Below, one piece after another: positions 19,701-29,780 of a stretch of DNA of 64,000 nt (position 1 is the first letter of the stretch; the number at the start of each line of letters is the position of its first letter). The notes beneath the pieces were generated by a model, which searched no databases, was not told the DNA's origin, and saw nothing but the letters and a program-made list of their open reading frames with translations. Source of the DNA: a virus; IMG/VR virus record IMGVR_UViG_3300044846_001842, positions 16,107-80,106 of that record; one strand, 5' to 3'. The position numbers and the translations under genes were made by a program.

Positions 19701-22700
19701 AGAGTTTTTTGATGAGGTATTACAAAAAAGAAAAGATGTTCTTGAGATTAAAGAATTAAGAAAACAACAACAACTTCAACAAGATAACTTAAAAAAATTA
19801 CTTGCTGGTAGAGAGGCTAAAACTCAACCTTTTAATCCGGAGACAGGAGAAGAAAATATACCTGCTATAATTCCTCCTGGCACTACGGTTACTGTGGTAG
19901 ATGATATTGCTGAAAATGAACATCAAAACTTTGTTGAAGAGTCTGTTAATGCTTTGACAGATGTTTTTCCAGTAGATGCTAATACTCCTATTGTGGCTCC
20001 AAATGCTATAGAGACTCCTGATGCAATTATTATAGATGACTCAGAATTTGATTTGTCTTTGACTAATTATACTCCAGAGCAAAGTGCTGCAGCTAAAGCT
20101 TTTACTCAAGATGCTATAGAAAGAATTGAAACTAGGTTAGGAAGAAAACCTACCTTTAGAGAATTTATTGAGCAAACTTATAAGTATGCTTCTAACAAAG
20201 AAGCTATTAAATCTTTATTCCCTCACATGATTAAAGGGTGGGAAGATAATGGTTATGCCAAAGAGAATTATTGGGATGTGTACAATGACTTATTCAATCC
20301 TTTTGAAAATGCTGTTACTGAATACTTAAAAGGTATGCAGAATATTTTTGAGATAGAAATGCCTGTAGAAGAAAAAGACATTTATTCTGAATTTGAAGAA
20401 AAACAAGCAGAAGTTGAAAAGCAAGTAGTGGCTAAAACTACTTCTGTTGTGACTTATGATGAAGAGAATATGGCAGTAGTAACTGTAGCTCAAACTGAAC
20501 AAGAGATAAGAAACAACTTAGCAATTACTCCTAAGATGGGATATACTGCTTTAGGGTCTATAACCTCTGTAGATGAAGCTGGCAACATTACTAAAAGACC
20601 TGCAGGTACTGAATTGACTTATCAAGAAGGAGATGTAGTAGACTCTAGAGATTTACTAGACCCAAATAAATTTCCAACAGGAACTAAAGTCTCTGTAGAA
20701 ATTGGGGATGAATCTTTATGGAACAAAGTCATTGCCACTAATGGTAGAAATGAAAAAGGAGAATTACAGTTTACTACTTTTGATAAGTGGGTAAAAGAAA
20801 GACAAGACAAAGATCCTAACTTTAGAAATACTCAGGAGTTCATAGATAAAGTTCCTATGTTTTATGTTGATAAGACAGGAAAAAGAATAGCTTATGTACA
20901 AGAAGTAGATAAGTTTGATGCTTACTCTGTGCCTAATCCAAAGGGAAGCTCTAAGAATCCACAGAAAGCTGCTCAAGATCTTGCATGGTCTAACCAAATA
21001 CAAAGAGCCAAAGACAATGCCAGAGATTTGAGAAATAACATTAATGCAGGTTTAAAAGAAGTGTCTATCACTAAGAGTGAAGATGGCCCTTTTAATAAGT
21101 TGCCTTTGACTATGACTAAAATTTCTGTAAAAGAAGCTAACCCTCAAGCTGTATTAGTAGTACAAAGAGGTACAGATTTGCACATAGGTTTTAGTAAAAA
21201 ATTCCCAGGCAAAGTAATTGATAGACAATTATTTAATGCTGGAGAAGGAGGCACTAATGGTAACACTTGGGCAATGTGTCAAATAGGTACTATTAGAAAT
21301 GATAAAGGAGAAGTAGTACCACAATACAGAGCATATCCTCTTTTAAGAGAAGTACCTGATGTTCAAGTTGAAACTGCTAGATGGGCTCTAGCTGCTCACA
21401 TGACTTTATCAGGAATGACTGATAAGATAAAAGACACAGAGTTTGACATGACAAGAGAGGATGCAGAAAGAATCCAAGCACAAATAAATAAACACATGGG
21501 ATTCAATATTGAATCTCACTTAGAAGCTGTTTCTTTTATCAAAACTTTCTTTCAGACTTATTCTCAAGGGGATAAGATTAGTTCTTATGTAGATACTTTA
21601 TTTAATAGAGAAGAAGCACCTAACTTAAGACAGCACACTAATCTTAAATTATTAGATACTTCTCATAAAATTGTAGAGATCCAAAATGGTAAAGTGACTT
21701 CTACAGATAAGACTTATAAAGAGTACTTAATGGAAAACTTAACTACTAACATTAAATCTTTAAATGTTGGTACTGAAGAAAAACCTATATATGCTACTAA
21801 CATTCATCCTACTATTACTATTGACTATGTACCTTTAGTAGAAAATCCTGGTACTCAACAAGTTCAAGAAAAGCAAGCAGAAACTACACAGTTAGCAGAA
21901 ACTATAAAACAAGAAACTACTATAGACATTGCTCAGCATGAGAAATTTTTAGAGGGGTTGAATATTAGTTTAGATGATTTTGAAGTAAGTGATGATATGA
22001 TTGCCGGGACTGATAAGTTGGCTAACTTATTTAAAACAACTGGTAACTTAAACATTCTTCAAGAAAAAGCTATAAGACAATTTATTGTTCACAGCATTGG
22101 GGAAAAAGTAAGTATGGAGTACAAGTCTAATGTTTTAAAAGCAGTACTTAAAGATGCTGTTAAAAAAGAACTAGGAGAAGTGCTAGTCAACTTAAATAGT
22201 CAAATAAAGGATTTACTTGCTCAAGTGAATAATACTTCTTCTACAGACCCTAAAGTGGCTTTGTTGAAAGAAGCTTACACTACTACTTTACAAAACATTA
22301 AAGACATCAATTCTAATTTTACTGATTTGTTTGACAAGTCTTTTGCTGATATTCAAAAGCAAACTCAACTTGTAGAAAAAGAAAAAGAAGTTGAGAATGA
22401 AAATGACAGTGAAGAAACTTTAAGTGTAAAAGATTATAATAAAGAATCTATTGAAGAGTCTGGGAAATCTAAAGCTTCTTATAGACTTAGAAGATTTTTA
22501 CATAAAATCAATAAGTATAATACTAAAGGAGTAGCTCAAACTACTTATTTAGGGTTGCCTTCTTATATGACATTCAATGATGTGTATAATGAATTAAGCA
22601 AAGTTTTAAGTATGGGTTCTGAATTAGAGTCTGACTATAGTAAACTTATTGAAAAATTAAAACAAAGTGAGGCTCCTTTTGTCAAAGAAATTGTTGCTAA

Positions 22701-25700
22701 ATTAGAGAATGCAGATCAACAAATTAAAAATGAGTTTGTTTACAATTTTGTAAGACACACTCTTTCTTCTAAGTTTGGTATGTATGAGAATGTTAATGGA
22801 GAAACCACTCTTAAGATGTACAATACTAATGCCAATGAAGCAAATAGAATTGTAACTAACAAGTGGAAAAATGACAATATGGTTTCAGGTCTTTACAATA
22901 AGAATGGAACTGTAAATGTTACTTTTGCAGAAAAATTGATAACAGAGTTTGAGTCTTGGGATAAAGATTATACAAAAGTTGACCAAAAAGATTTGAGAGG
23001 TTGGTTAGGTAAGTTAGGTATAACTTTTCAAGATGCTGCTTGGAATCAAATTTATGAAAAAGGTATTTACAATTCTCAAAGAGAGACTCCTTTCAAAGAT
23101 TTGTATACTGTAGAAGGGGGTGGGTTATTCATTCCTATAGTTAAGTTTTTAACTCAAGCTAAAAACAATCCAGAGAAAATGAAGTTTGATATTAACTCAA
23201 ACATTTTCTCTGACTTAGGTGGAGTTACTAAAGCTTTAACTTTAGTTGAAACTAAGTATAACCCTAATCTTATTGCTTTATCTTTTAGAGATACAGGGAA
23301 AAACATTTCTACTCTTGTACCTACAAAGTACATAACAGATATGGTTGAGAACTTAAAAAGAGCTGTAGGAGATGATTCTAATACATTGATTCAAGACTTA
23401 AAAGCTTTGTCTTTCTCTGAAGACTCTGTTATATTAGATTTACTTGAAAATGTACCTGCATTCAAAAGTTTATTTAAAGTTCATCATGTAGGATTGACTT
23501 CTATTAAAGAAAGAGGAGAGAACCCTAACAAAGCAGGTATTACAGACTTAAGTGATATTGATTTTGACATGAATGCTTTGGCAGGATTTCAAGATAGAAA
23601 AGTAGATAAACTTCCTCCAGGAACTAAGATTGAAGGCATCAATATGAGAATGGCACACATGCTATCTCCAACTATGTCTGATAAGAGTACTGGTCTTTAT
23701 ATAGAAACTGCTGTCTTTGATTTTATGAAAGACAAATCTCTTTTATTCAATGTAGAAGAGGATGGTTCTGTAACTGGATTTAAGATTGCTCTTAAAGAAT
23801 TGTTGTTTGAAAAACTAGTACTTCCTGAGTTAAAAAGAATTGTAAAATTCCATAGAACTGTAGGAGGAACTAACATTAAGAATTATGATAATGGAGCACA
23901 ATTATTTCATTTGTTGCCTGTTATGAATACTTTAAAAGCTGAAGATGGGACTAGGATTCTAGAAAAATTAGCTGACCCTGTGTTAAATTATAGCATAGAA
24001 GAAGCTATGGAAGAATTTGGACCTATCTTTCAAAATGCTATTGAAGATGTAGTTAATCAAGAAGTTGCTCACAAAAAACAATCTTGGGCCCCATATACAG
24101 AAACTGTAAATGGTAAGACTACATCTAAACTTTTTGATAAAACTTATTTTACTGAGGGGGATATTAAAAGAGATCCTAGTGTAGACCATGACTTAGCAAT
24201 CATTGACTTTGTTTTAAATAACATGCTTTTCAATGCTGAGATGTTTAAAGTATTTGCAGGAGATGTTGCTAACTACAGTCAAGACAAAGTATATACTGAA
24301 GAAAGAGAAAACAGAGAAACTGGCAAAAAAGAAAATCAAAGAGTTGCTCCTTGGGAAATCAAGAGTGATGAAGCCTACATTTCAATCAATAAACAAATTG
24401 GAACTAATCTTGGTAAGAGGTTAGCTTTACTTATTGCTCCGGGTAACAAAGTGGCTAACTCAAGAAATGAAAGTTACAATCAAATCTTTTTAGAGGATTC
24501 TGTAGACATTACAGAAAATGCTAGCTATTTGATTAAAAACTATTATGGAGAAGAAGCTTTAACAAAAGCTACACCTACTCTTGACAAATACAATGAAGCA
24601 GCTAGGTTATTAGATAAACACCAACAAGGTGCTATCACTTTGGCTCCAGAGGTTTACACTGAAGTTGTAAATACTATGAAAGAAGCAAGAGACAAACTGT
24701 CAAAAGACTTTGCTGACTTGTCTGCATACTTTGATATTGAGTCTACTGATGCACAAGAGTATTCAACTGCTGCAGAACATATTTCTTTATTACACAGAAT
24801 GGGAAGACTTACTGATAAAGAAAAAGCTACTATTAGTGCTAAATTAGACAAAGGAGAAATCCTAACTAAAGAAGAGTTAAATGTAGTTTTCCAACCTATT
24901 AAACCTGTTCACACAGGGACTTATATCAATAAAGATATGGATGTGAACAGAGTAGTTTACATTAAATCTTCAGCTTTTCCTCTGTTACCTCAGCTTACTG
25001 CAGGTACTAAATTAGAAGGACTGAGAAATAAGATGGAAGAACTAGAAAAATCTACAGGTAGATTCACTAGAGCTTCTTTTCAAACTGCTAACAAGGTAGG
25101 TGCTACTAAGAAGACAATCAATCCTTTTGATGTAAATTCTCTTTTAGATATAAGAGAGTATTCAGAGACTGATGTAAACAGTAGTGTTCTAACTCTTAAA
25201 AGAGATAACTTTAGAATACAACAAGATGTACCTTTCAAATCTGATAAAGCTCAAGATGACAAAGTATCTATGGGAACTCAGTTTTTCAAACTTCTTTTTG
25301 GAGATGGAGTAATTGAAGAATATAAAGAAGAAGAAAGAGATAAATATGCTACTTTTTCTTTAGATGGAAAAATGGTTACTGGTAAAGAATTGTATCAACA
25401 CTACAATAAAGCTTTTAAGGATATAGTTGACAGTAAAAAGAAAACTTTATTTAATGAGTTAGGTTTAGATAATAATGGAAATGTAGTAGATCAAAATCAG
25501 TTTATGGTTAAGCTACAAGACCTTTTAATCAAAGAAGCTACTAGTAGAGGTTACAGTCTTAAGTCTTTAGCAGGACTAAAGATAGAGCAGTTACAAGCTA
25601 AAGCTGGTATTTACTATGAATTTAAAACTCCATTGTGGTTGTCTTCTGATAGTAACAGATATGAATCATTATTGAATGCTATCATTACTAACAGAATAAT

Positions 25701-28700
25701 GAAACACAAAATGCCTGGTAACAGCTTTGTAGCTGGTTCTGAATCAGGGTTTAAATTCAAAGAAAGTTTAGAAGGTATTGAACAATCAAGAATTATTTTT
25801 TTTGATAATTGGAATGGTAAAGAATTACAAGGAACTCACACCACTGAAGTAAATGGCAAGACTGTTTTAAACAAAGCTCAAGTTTTTGTCCCTTCTAAAT
25901 TTAAAGGTCCGGATAAGAAGTTAATTGATTTGTTTGAAGGGTTTAATGGTAAAGAGGGTAAATATATTACTAGAAGAGAAAATGGTACTTTAGGTTTAAA
26001 GCCAGGTATGATAGATCCTACTTTATTCAATAGTTTTACTTTTAGAACTCCTACTTCTTCCCATGTATCTGGGTCTAGTGTAGAAATTGCAGGTATTTTG
26101 CCTCCTGAATCTGGAGATTTAATGATAGTACCTAAAAACTTTACTAAGCAAAAAGGTCTTGATTATGATATTGATAAAGAATCCGCTTACCAATTAAATC
26201 ATATTGTAGATGCTGATGGTAAAATTAAACCTCTTACTAAAGAGTATGCTGAAGCTAAGATACAAGAGTTAAAAGATAAAATTGAAAAGGCTAATTTTAA
26301 TAATCTTACAGCTTCAGCAAAAAGTAATTTTGCTCAAGAGTTATTTAAAAGCTTTGTTCAAGGAACAGGAAGTCTATTAGATGAAGAGTCTTTAGAAACT
26401 TTACTGCTTCCTCAAATTAGTCTTGTAGAAAAACTGACTAAAGTAGAAGCAGAGTTATCAAGAAAAATAGCTGAAAATGAGTTCATTAAGTGTCACTTAG
26501 CTGTGTTTAACAATCCTGATACTGCTATTCAAAGTAAAATTAACAAGGTACTTTCCATAAAATTTGCTGGAAAACAAGCTGATTTGATTGAAGAATTAAC
26601 TGCTGCAGGAGAAAAAAACCAAGCTGTAGAAAAGATTAAAGCAGAGAATCCAGGTATGTCTTCTACAGAAGCAAACAAAAGATATGCTAAGACTGTCTTA
26701 AACTTTACTATGTTGACTAATACTTACCAAAAATCTAAAATGAATTTAGGTTCTATTGGTAAGACTGCTATTGGAGTGTATGCAAACTACACTACTTTTA
26801 ATGGATTATTACAACAAAATATTTCAGGTAAAGAAGTGTACATAATGGATGAGAATGGAGATCCAAAAACTATAACTATTGGAGGCTTTGTTTCTAATGG
26901 TACATTAGGAGTTGGAAAAACTCTCTCTCCAACAAGTAATGCTAACACTTGGGCAACTAAACACCAAAGAACTACTGCTGAGGTATTTGCTGAAAAAGAA
27001 AATACTGCAACAGATAATGAAAAAGAGCAAATCTTAGGTAGAGTTGGTGTTAATGAAGACACTATCAATGTAGATGCTTATTTGTCTTTGTTAGGTTTTG
27101 ATAGAGATGAACTAGGAAATTCTATTTCTTACATGCTTCTTTCTCAGCCTGCAATTAGAGAGTTAGTTTCTATAAGAAAGACTAGTAAAGGTATCTTAAA
27201 AGACTTCACTAAAAAAGAAGAGTTGCTTAGAAATCTAATTGAAAAAGTTTCTGAAGGCAATGTTACTTATAAAGAAGTAAAACCAGGCAAGTTTGAATTT
27301 GTGAGTAAAGAAACTGGAGAAATTGTGATTCCAGAAGGAAGCTTATTGACAGGTCAAAACTTAATGGAAGGTATTAAATATGGAGGGTCAGATCCAAAAG
27401 TTCAAGCTCATGCTTTAATTTCTTATATACAATTAGAAAAAGAAGCTAGAACTTTATCTACTCTTCAAAAAACTATCAATGCAAATAACTTAGGTAAGTC
27501 AATGATTGAGTCTCAGTTAAAACTAGAGGCTTTGAAAAGCTTACCTGATAATGGTGTAGTTAAAAATGTAGAGTCTTTAATTGGAGAGTTTAATACTGAA
27601 GCAGGAACAGGTGGTTTTTGGATGGGTAAATATTATGTTACTCCAACTACTCCTCAAGGGCAAATTGTAATTAATGGTCTTCAGTTAGGTAACACTCTTT
27701 ACAAAGACTTCTTCCCTTATCAAGAAAAAGCTATTGTAGAAGTAGTAAAAGAGATTCTTGCAATACAAGGTAAAGAAGAAGTTTCAGACAGTGTGATCAT
27801 TGAAAACTTTGAAGATATAGTAGAAAGCATTAAAAGATACATCTACTCAAGACAAGGAAACAATGTGTTTGAAATGGACCCAAGATTCAAAAGGTTTGAG
27901 TTATTCAAAGACACTGAAACAAACACCTCATTATCTACTTATCTTAAGAGTTTGGCTGACAGTAAAGATGTAGCATTTGGTAAAGGTTTAAGAGTTGTTT
28001 CTCAAAATGCTTTACTAAGAAGCTTTACTTATGAAAGTGCTTTGAGTGAAGAGGATTACTCTGTGATTAAGTATAACAATGCTGCTACAGATAACTTGGA
28101 TGAAGAAGAATTGTACAACTCTATCCCAGAACTTATCCTTATGGATAAACCTCTGCCACCTAAAAATGGACAACCTTATTCTACTAAGCAATTAGCAGAA
28201 GATTTAGTAGCATACTCTTTCTTACAAGGAGGAGTTCAAAAAGCTACTGAGTTTGTGAAGTATGTTCCTGTAGAATACTTAGAAACAGTAGGAGCTTATG
28301 AGACAGTTAAGTCTTTTGAGAATGGAGAGTTAGTTGAGAAAAGTGTTTTTGTACCTGCAAATAGAAAACTACAAGGTTTCAATTCTAAGAAAAACTCTAG
28401 CATTGATATCTTTGGAGTAGCTTTAGGTGTTGAGTCTTCTCAAGTAGGAAAGGGTCCTAGTATGTTTACTAGACAGTATTTCCAACACAACCCAAGTAAA
28501 GCTCCTAAAATGTCTTCTAAAGGTAAAAAATCAGAAGAGAATGGCTTACTCTCTTATGTGAGTGAGACTGGCAAAAGTCCTGCTTTTATTTCAGTTAAGA
28601 ATAAAAAAGGAGAAGGCCAAAGATATTCTCTCTATGAAAATGTAGGAAATGGAGTGTACCAAAAAATAGACACTTTAGGTAATAAAGGAGTTAATGAATA

Positions 28701-29769
28701 TGAGTATAGAAATGCTAATGTGATTTCTATGAATTCAACTACAATACCTACTACTCCTAAAGTTGAAAATAAGGTTGAGACTGCAGATTCAGGATTGCCA
28801 TTTAATATCTTAGAAGGTAAAACTACTGTAAAAGAGGTTGCTACAGCTATTTCAGAAGCTTTGTTATCTCCGGAGTATGCTCATTTAGCTACTGCTGCTA
28901 AGTGGTTATTACCTGTAATCAAGAATGGTGGTCAAAAAGTAATCTTAGATAAAAACTTACCTGCTGCAGGTAGAGCAGGCAGAGAGTCTTTAGCTATAAC
29001 TCTTAACCCTAAATACACAACAGAGACTTCTGCTGACACTACTGCCTTAGTGTTTATCCACGAGTTAATTCACACTGTTAGTGCTAAAGAAGTTACAGCT
29101 TACTATGAAGCTGATGGGGTTAGTTTAAAATCAAACATTGATATACCTCCTCATGTTCAAAAGTTACACAAGGTTTTTGAAAGTTTCAGAGAATTGTATA
29201 AAGATGAAATTGAAACTTTAAAGAATAAGAGAGACAATAAAGATGCTTCTTTAGACACTACTTATAGTGAAAGAGAAAGAGAAATAATCTATGCTGGTGT
29301 AAATATCAGAGAGTTTATGACTGTGGCTTTAACTTCTCCTGTATTCCAAAAAGAATTAAGTCAGGTGCCTTCTAAAACTCATGCTAATTTATGGGAAGAA
29401 ATTAAGGATATTTTTATGAATATCATTAATGAAATCTACCCAGGGTTAAAAGATAACACAATGGCAAAAGATGCTATAGTGGCCTCTATGAATTTTATTA
29501 ATGAAGAATCTAAAGTTAGAAGAGAAAAACAAGAGCAAGAAGTTTTACCTGCTGACATTGAAACTGAAATGGCAAAAGAAAATAGTACTAAACCTAAGTA
29601 TGGTGTGCCTCAATCCTCTGAAGTAAAACCTTTTAATGAACCTAATACAGACCCTTCAAATAACATCAGAGATGAGAATAGTGGAGACTTAAGTATTACA
29701 GATACAGAAAATATTGATACCTTTGCTAAAGAAGAAAAATCAGCCTGTGAAGGAGGTTTAGCAATTTAA
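16747..29769 (+). CDS. Giant virion-packaged DNA-dependent RNA polymerase polyprotein (crAss/phi14:2 gp66-like) with C-terminal zincin motif
   Basis: 4340 aa; STDAQ, FQPIKP, FRTPTSS and GLDYDIDK (nt ~26155-26178, DxDxD metal motif); HELIH at ~29059-29073. Confidence 0.85.
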   Translation: MTFPSRKILTRFQQIQQEEANKDKGISSATGQGLSFDEIRSVDTSLNNKDISTISKFVDKGERDLREFNASEARKEMEKHAKQQAIEGDKLYSTYAQQTSSEEAMSLMDDNNKIKNLEEKSWATAYSRNAKFYDDSKPWYESVNVAAPIIKAAGFLSEIANDLFSDKKIGLSKKETQELAKLKEQTRVKLQPTLDILKTQYDTEKKRLQDLKLKAHIELGKKTGGGAYTGNITTDEIDDLTTAIAKYDKLGTQLTDYQSGKAGFWDGLGTQKEDLLTLGLYSLGENLHVARIKDKSDRIEKDKVANSKNPSYVPKEKLTPSEYAVLESEGYTQELESKNLFEGKLGYTWGAGVGQSLVMLEQTAATGGFGAAVEKTVAESILSGSMNTTLREAWQQGGTKLMLSTLGAKSAGGIANVAGTSAISPGAASMAAKHHIGNIEFVTDEKGKKKLLVGEERYNYYKKDFDKRVDLVGYEIENLEKKQKRTEAEEQKLQGLKDGLENLKEEFDTLYKPESWAESGWYGFTETAKENFSEKYVGDALPGVANNMLTRRIAKTQVGGKIAKGATELGEKFSQSTAGKVITAPLKGYNAARNVVNNLALGKLSNEAIAHTGQASLISSLPGEIAEEVWNQFMPTYKQDYAEQLEELKNASFYRDVVAQTLIMGGGFAGVGMAMRGRNYLSDKARLKEMYKSLDASITDDDVAQSILMNTGGTLYSPLDYDHKIMQLRKQNTAESHNQANKMEQNKFTNLAAMAIRTGTVDNFKKSLEGILSKKDVSDQTKQNVALAQGRIDSLMEVYDKHSEKDNFATIFDLSERKLANEQTVGLINENLAKQKEGAKEEVDAFLLRNNMSVDYDIDHLLDADYNDQGNNPEYVSFIEALNKENLTRVQTYGALLVEKAGFQMDNVNLLKEINDQTSPLYEERVKIKQGINQVYEKTLEKYQKSILTSDKAEFNYNNELQESPELAEEVMAKVKEQYKGRVDAEFFDEVLQKRKDVLEIKELRKQQQLQQDNLKKLLAGREAKTQPFNPETGEENIPAIIPPGTTVTVVDDIAENEHQNFVEESVNALTDVFPVDANTPIVAPNAIETPDAIIIDDSEFDLSLTNYTPEQSAAAKAFTQDAIERIETRLGRKPTFREFIEQTYKYASNKEAIKSLFPHMIKGWEDNGYAKENYWDVYNDLFNPFENAVTEYLKGMQNIFEIEMPVEEKDIYSEFEEKQAEVEKQVVAKTTSVVTYDEENMAVVTVAQTEQEIRNNLAITPKMGYTALGSITSVDEAGNITKRPAGTELTYQEGDVVDSRDLLDPNKFPTGTKVSVEIGDESLWNKVIATNGRNEKGELQFTTFDKWVKERQDKDPNFRNTQEFIDKVPMFYVDKTGKRIAYVQEVDKFDAYSVPNPKGSSKNPQKAAQDLAWSNQIQRAKDNARDLRNNINAGLKEVSITKSEDGPFNKLPLTMTKISVKEANPQAVLVVQRGTDLHIGFSKKFPGKVIDRQLFNAGEGGTNGNTWAMCQIGTIRNDKGEVVPQYRAYPLLREVPDVQVETARWALAAHMTLSGMTDKIKDTEFDMTREDAERIQAQINKHMGFNIESHLEAVSFIKTFFQTYSQGDKISSYVDTLFNREEAPNLRQHTNLKLLDTSHKIVEIQNGKVTSTDKTYKEYLMENLTTNIKSLNVGTEEKPIYATNIHPTITIDYVPLVENPGTQQVQEKQAETTQLAETIKQETTIDIAQHEKFLEGLNISLDDFEVSDDMIAGTDKLANLFKTTGNLNILQEKAIRQFIVHSIGEKVSMEYKSNVLKAVLKDAVKKELGEVLVNLNSQIKDLLAQVNNTSSTDPKVALLKEAYTTTLQNIKDINSNFTDLFDKSFADIQKQTQLVEKEKEVENENDSEETLSVKDYNKESIEESGKSKASYRLRRFLHKINKYNTKGVAQTTYLGLPSYMTFNDVYNELSKVLSMGSELESDYSKLIEKLKQSEAPFVKEIVAKLENADQQIKNEFVYNFVRHTLSSKFGMYENVNGETTLKMYNTNANEANRIVTNKWKNDNMVSGLYNKNGTVNVTFAEKLITEFESWDKDYTKVDQKDLRGWLGKLGITFQDAAWNQIYEKGIYNSQRETPFKDLYTVEGGGLFIPIVKFLTQAKNNPEKMKFDINSNIFSDLGGVTKALTLVETKYNPNLIALSFRDTGKNISTLVPTKYITDMVENLKRAVGDDSNTLIQDLKALSFSEDSVILDLLENVPAFKSLFKVHHVGLTSIKERGENPNKAGITDLSDIDFDMNALAGFQDRKVDKLPPGTKIEGINMRMAHMLSPTMSDKSTGLYIETAVFDFMKDKSLLFNVEEDGSVTGFKIALKELLFEKLVLPELKRIVKFHRTVGGTNIKNYDNGAQLFHLLPVMNTLKAEDGTRILEKLADPVLNYSIEEAMEEFGPIFQNAIEDVVNQEVAHKKQSWAPYTETVNGKTTSKLFDKTYFTEGDIKRDPSVDHDLAIIDFVLNNMLFNAEMFKVFAGDVANYSQDKVYTEERENRETGKKENQRVAPWEIKSDEAYISINKQIGTNLGKRLALLIAPGNKVANSRNESYNQIFLEDSVDITENASYLIKNYYGEEALTKATPTLDKYNEAARLLDKHQQGAITLAPEVYTEVVNTMKEARDKLSKDFADLSAYFDIESTDAQEYSTAAEHISLLHRMGRLTDKEKATISAKLDKGEILTKEELNVVFQPIKPVHTGTYINKDMDVNRVVYIKSSAFPLLPQLTAGTKLEGLRNKMEELEKSTGRFTRASFQTANKVGATKKTINPFDVNSLLDIREYSETDVNSSVLTLKRDNFRIQQDVPFKSDKAQDDKVSMGTQFFKLLFGDGVIEEYKEEERDKYATFSLDGKMVTGKELYQHYNKAFKDIVDSKKKTLFNELGLDNNGNVVDQNQFMVKLQDLLIKEATSRGYSLKSLAGLKIEQLQAKAGIYYEFKTPLWLSSDSNRYESLLNAIITNRIMKHKMPGNSFVAGSESGFKFKESLEGIEQSRIIFFDNWNGKELQGTHTTEVNGKTVLNKAQVFVPSKFKGPDKKLIDLFEGFNGKEGKYITRRENGTLGLKPGMIDPTLFNSFTFRTPTSSHVSGSSVEIAGILPPESGDLMIVPKNFTKQKGLDYDIDKESAYQLNHIVDADGKIKPLTKEYAEAKIQELKDKIEKANFNNLTASAKSNFAQELFKSFVQGTGSLLDEESLETLLLPQISLVEKLTKVEAELSRKIAENEFIKCHLAVFNNPDTAIQSKINKVLSIKFAGKQADLIEELTAAGEKNQAVEKIKAENPGMSSTEANKRYAKTVLNFTMLTNTYQKSKMNLGSIGKTAIGVYANYTTFNGLLQQNISGKEVYIMDENGDPKTITIGGFVSNGTLGVGKTLSPTSNANTWATKHQRTTAEVFAEKENTATDNEKEQILGRVGVNEDTINVDAYLSLLGFDRDELGNSISYMLLSQPAIRELVSIRKTSKGILKDFTKKEELLRNLIEKVSEGNVTYKEVKPGKFEFVSKETGEIVIPEGSLLTGQNLMEGIKYGGSDPKVQAHALISYIQLEKEARTLSTLQKTINANNLGKSMIESQLKLEALKSLPDNGVVKNVESLIGEFNTEAGTGGFWMGKYYVTPTTPQGQIVINGLQLGNTLYKDFFPYQEKAIVEVVKEILAIQGKEEVSDSVIIENFEDIVESIKRYIYSRQGNNVFEMDPRFKRFELFKDTETNTSLSTYLKSLADSKDVAFGKGLRVVSQNALLRSFTYESALSEEDYSVIKYNNAATDNLDEEELYNSIPELILMDKPLPPKNGQPYSTKQLAEDLVAYSFLQGGVQKATEFVKYVPVEYLETVGAYETVKSFENGELVEKSVFVPANRKLQGFNSKKNSSIDIFGVALGVESSQVGKGPSMFTRQYFQHNPSKAPKMSSKGKKSEENGLLSYVSETGKSPAFISVKNKKGEGQRYSLYENVGNGVYQKIDTLGNKGVNEYEYRNANVISMNSTTIPTTPKVENKVETADSGLPFNILEGKTTVKEVATAISEALLSPEYAHLATAAKWLLPVIKNGGQKVILDKNLPAAGRAGRESLAITLNPKYTTETSADTTALVFIHELIHTVSAKEVTAYYEADGVSLKSNIDIPPHVQKLHKVFESFRELYKDEIETLKNKRDNKDASLDTTYSEREREIIYAGVNIREFMTVALTSPVFQKELSQVPSKTHANLWEEIKDIFMNIINEIYPGLKDNTMAKDAIVASMNFINEESKVRREKQEQEVLPADIETEMAKENSTKPKYGVPQSSEVKPFNEPNTDPSNNIRDENSGDLSITDTENIDTFAKEEKSACEGGLAI

Positions 29770-29780
29770 AAGACAAAACT

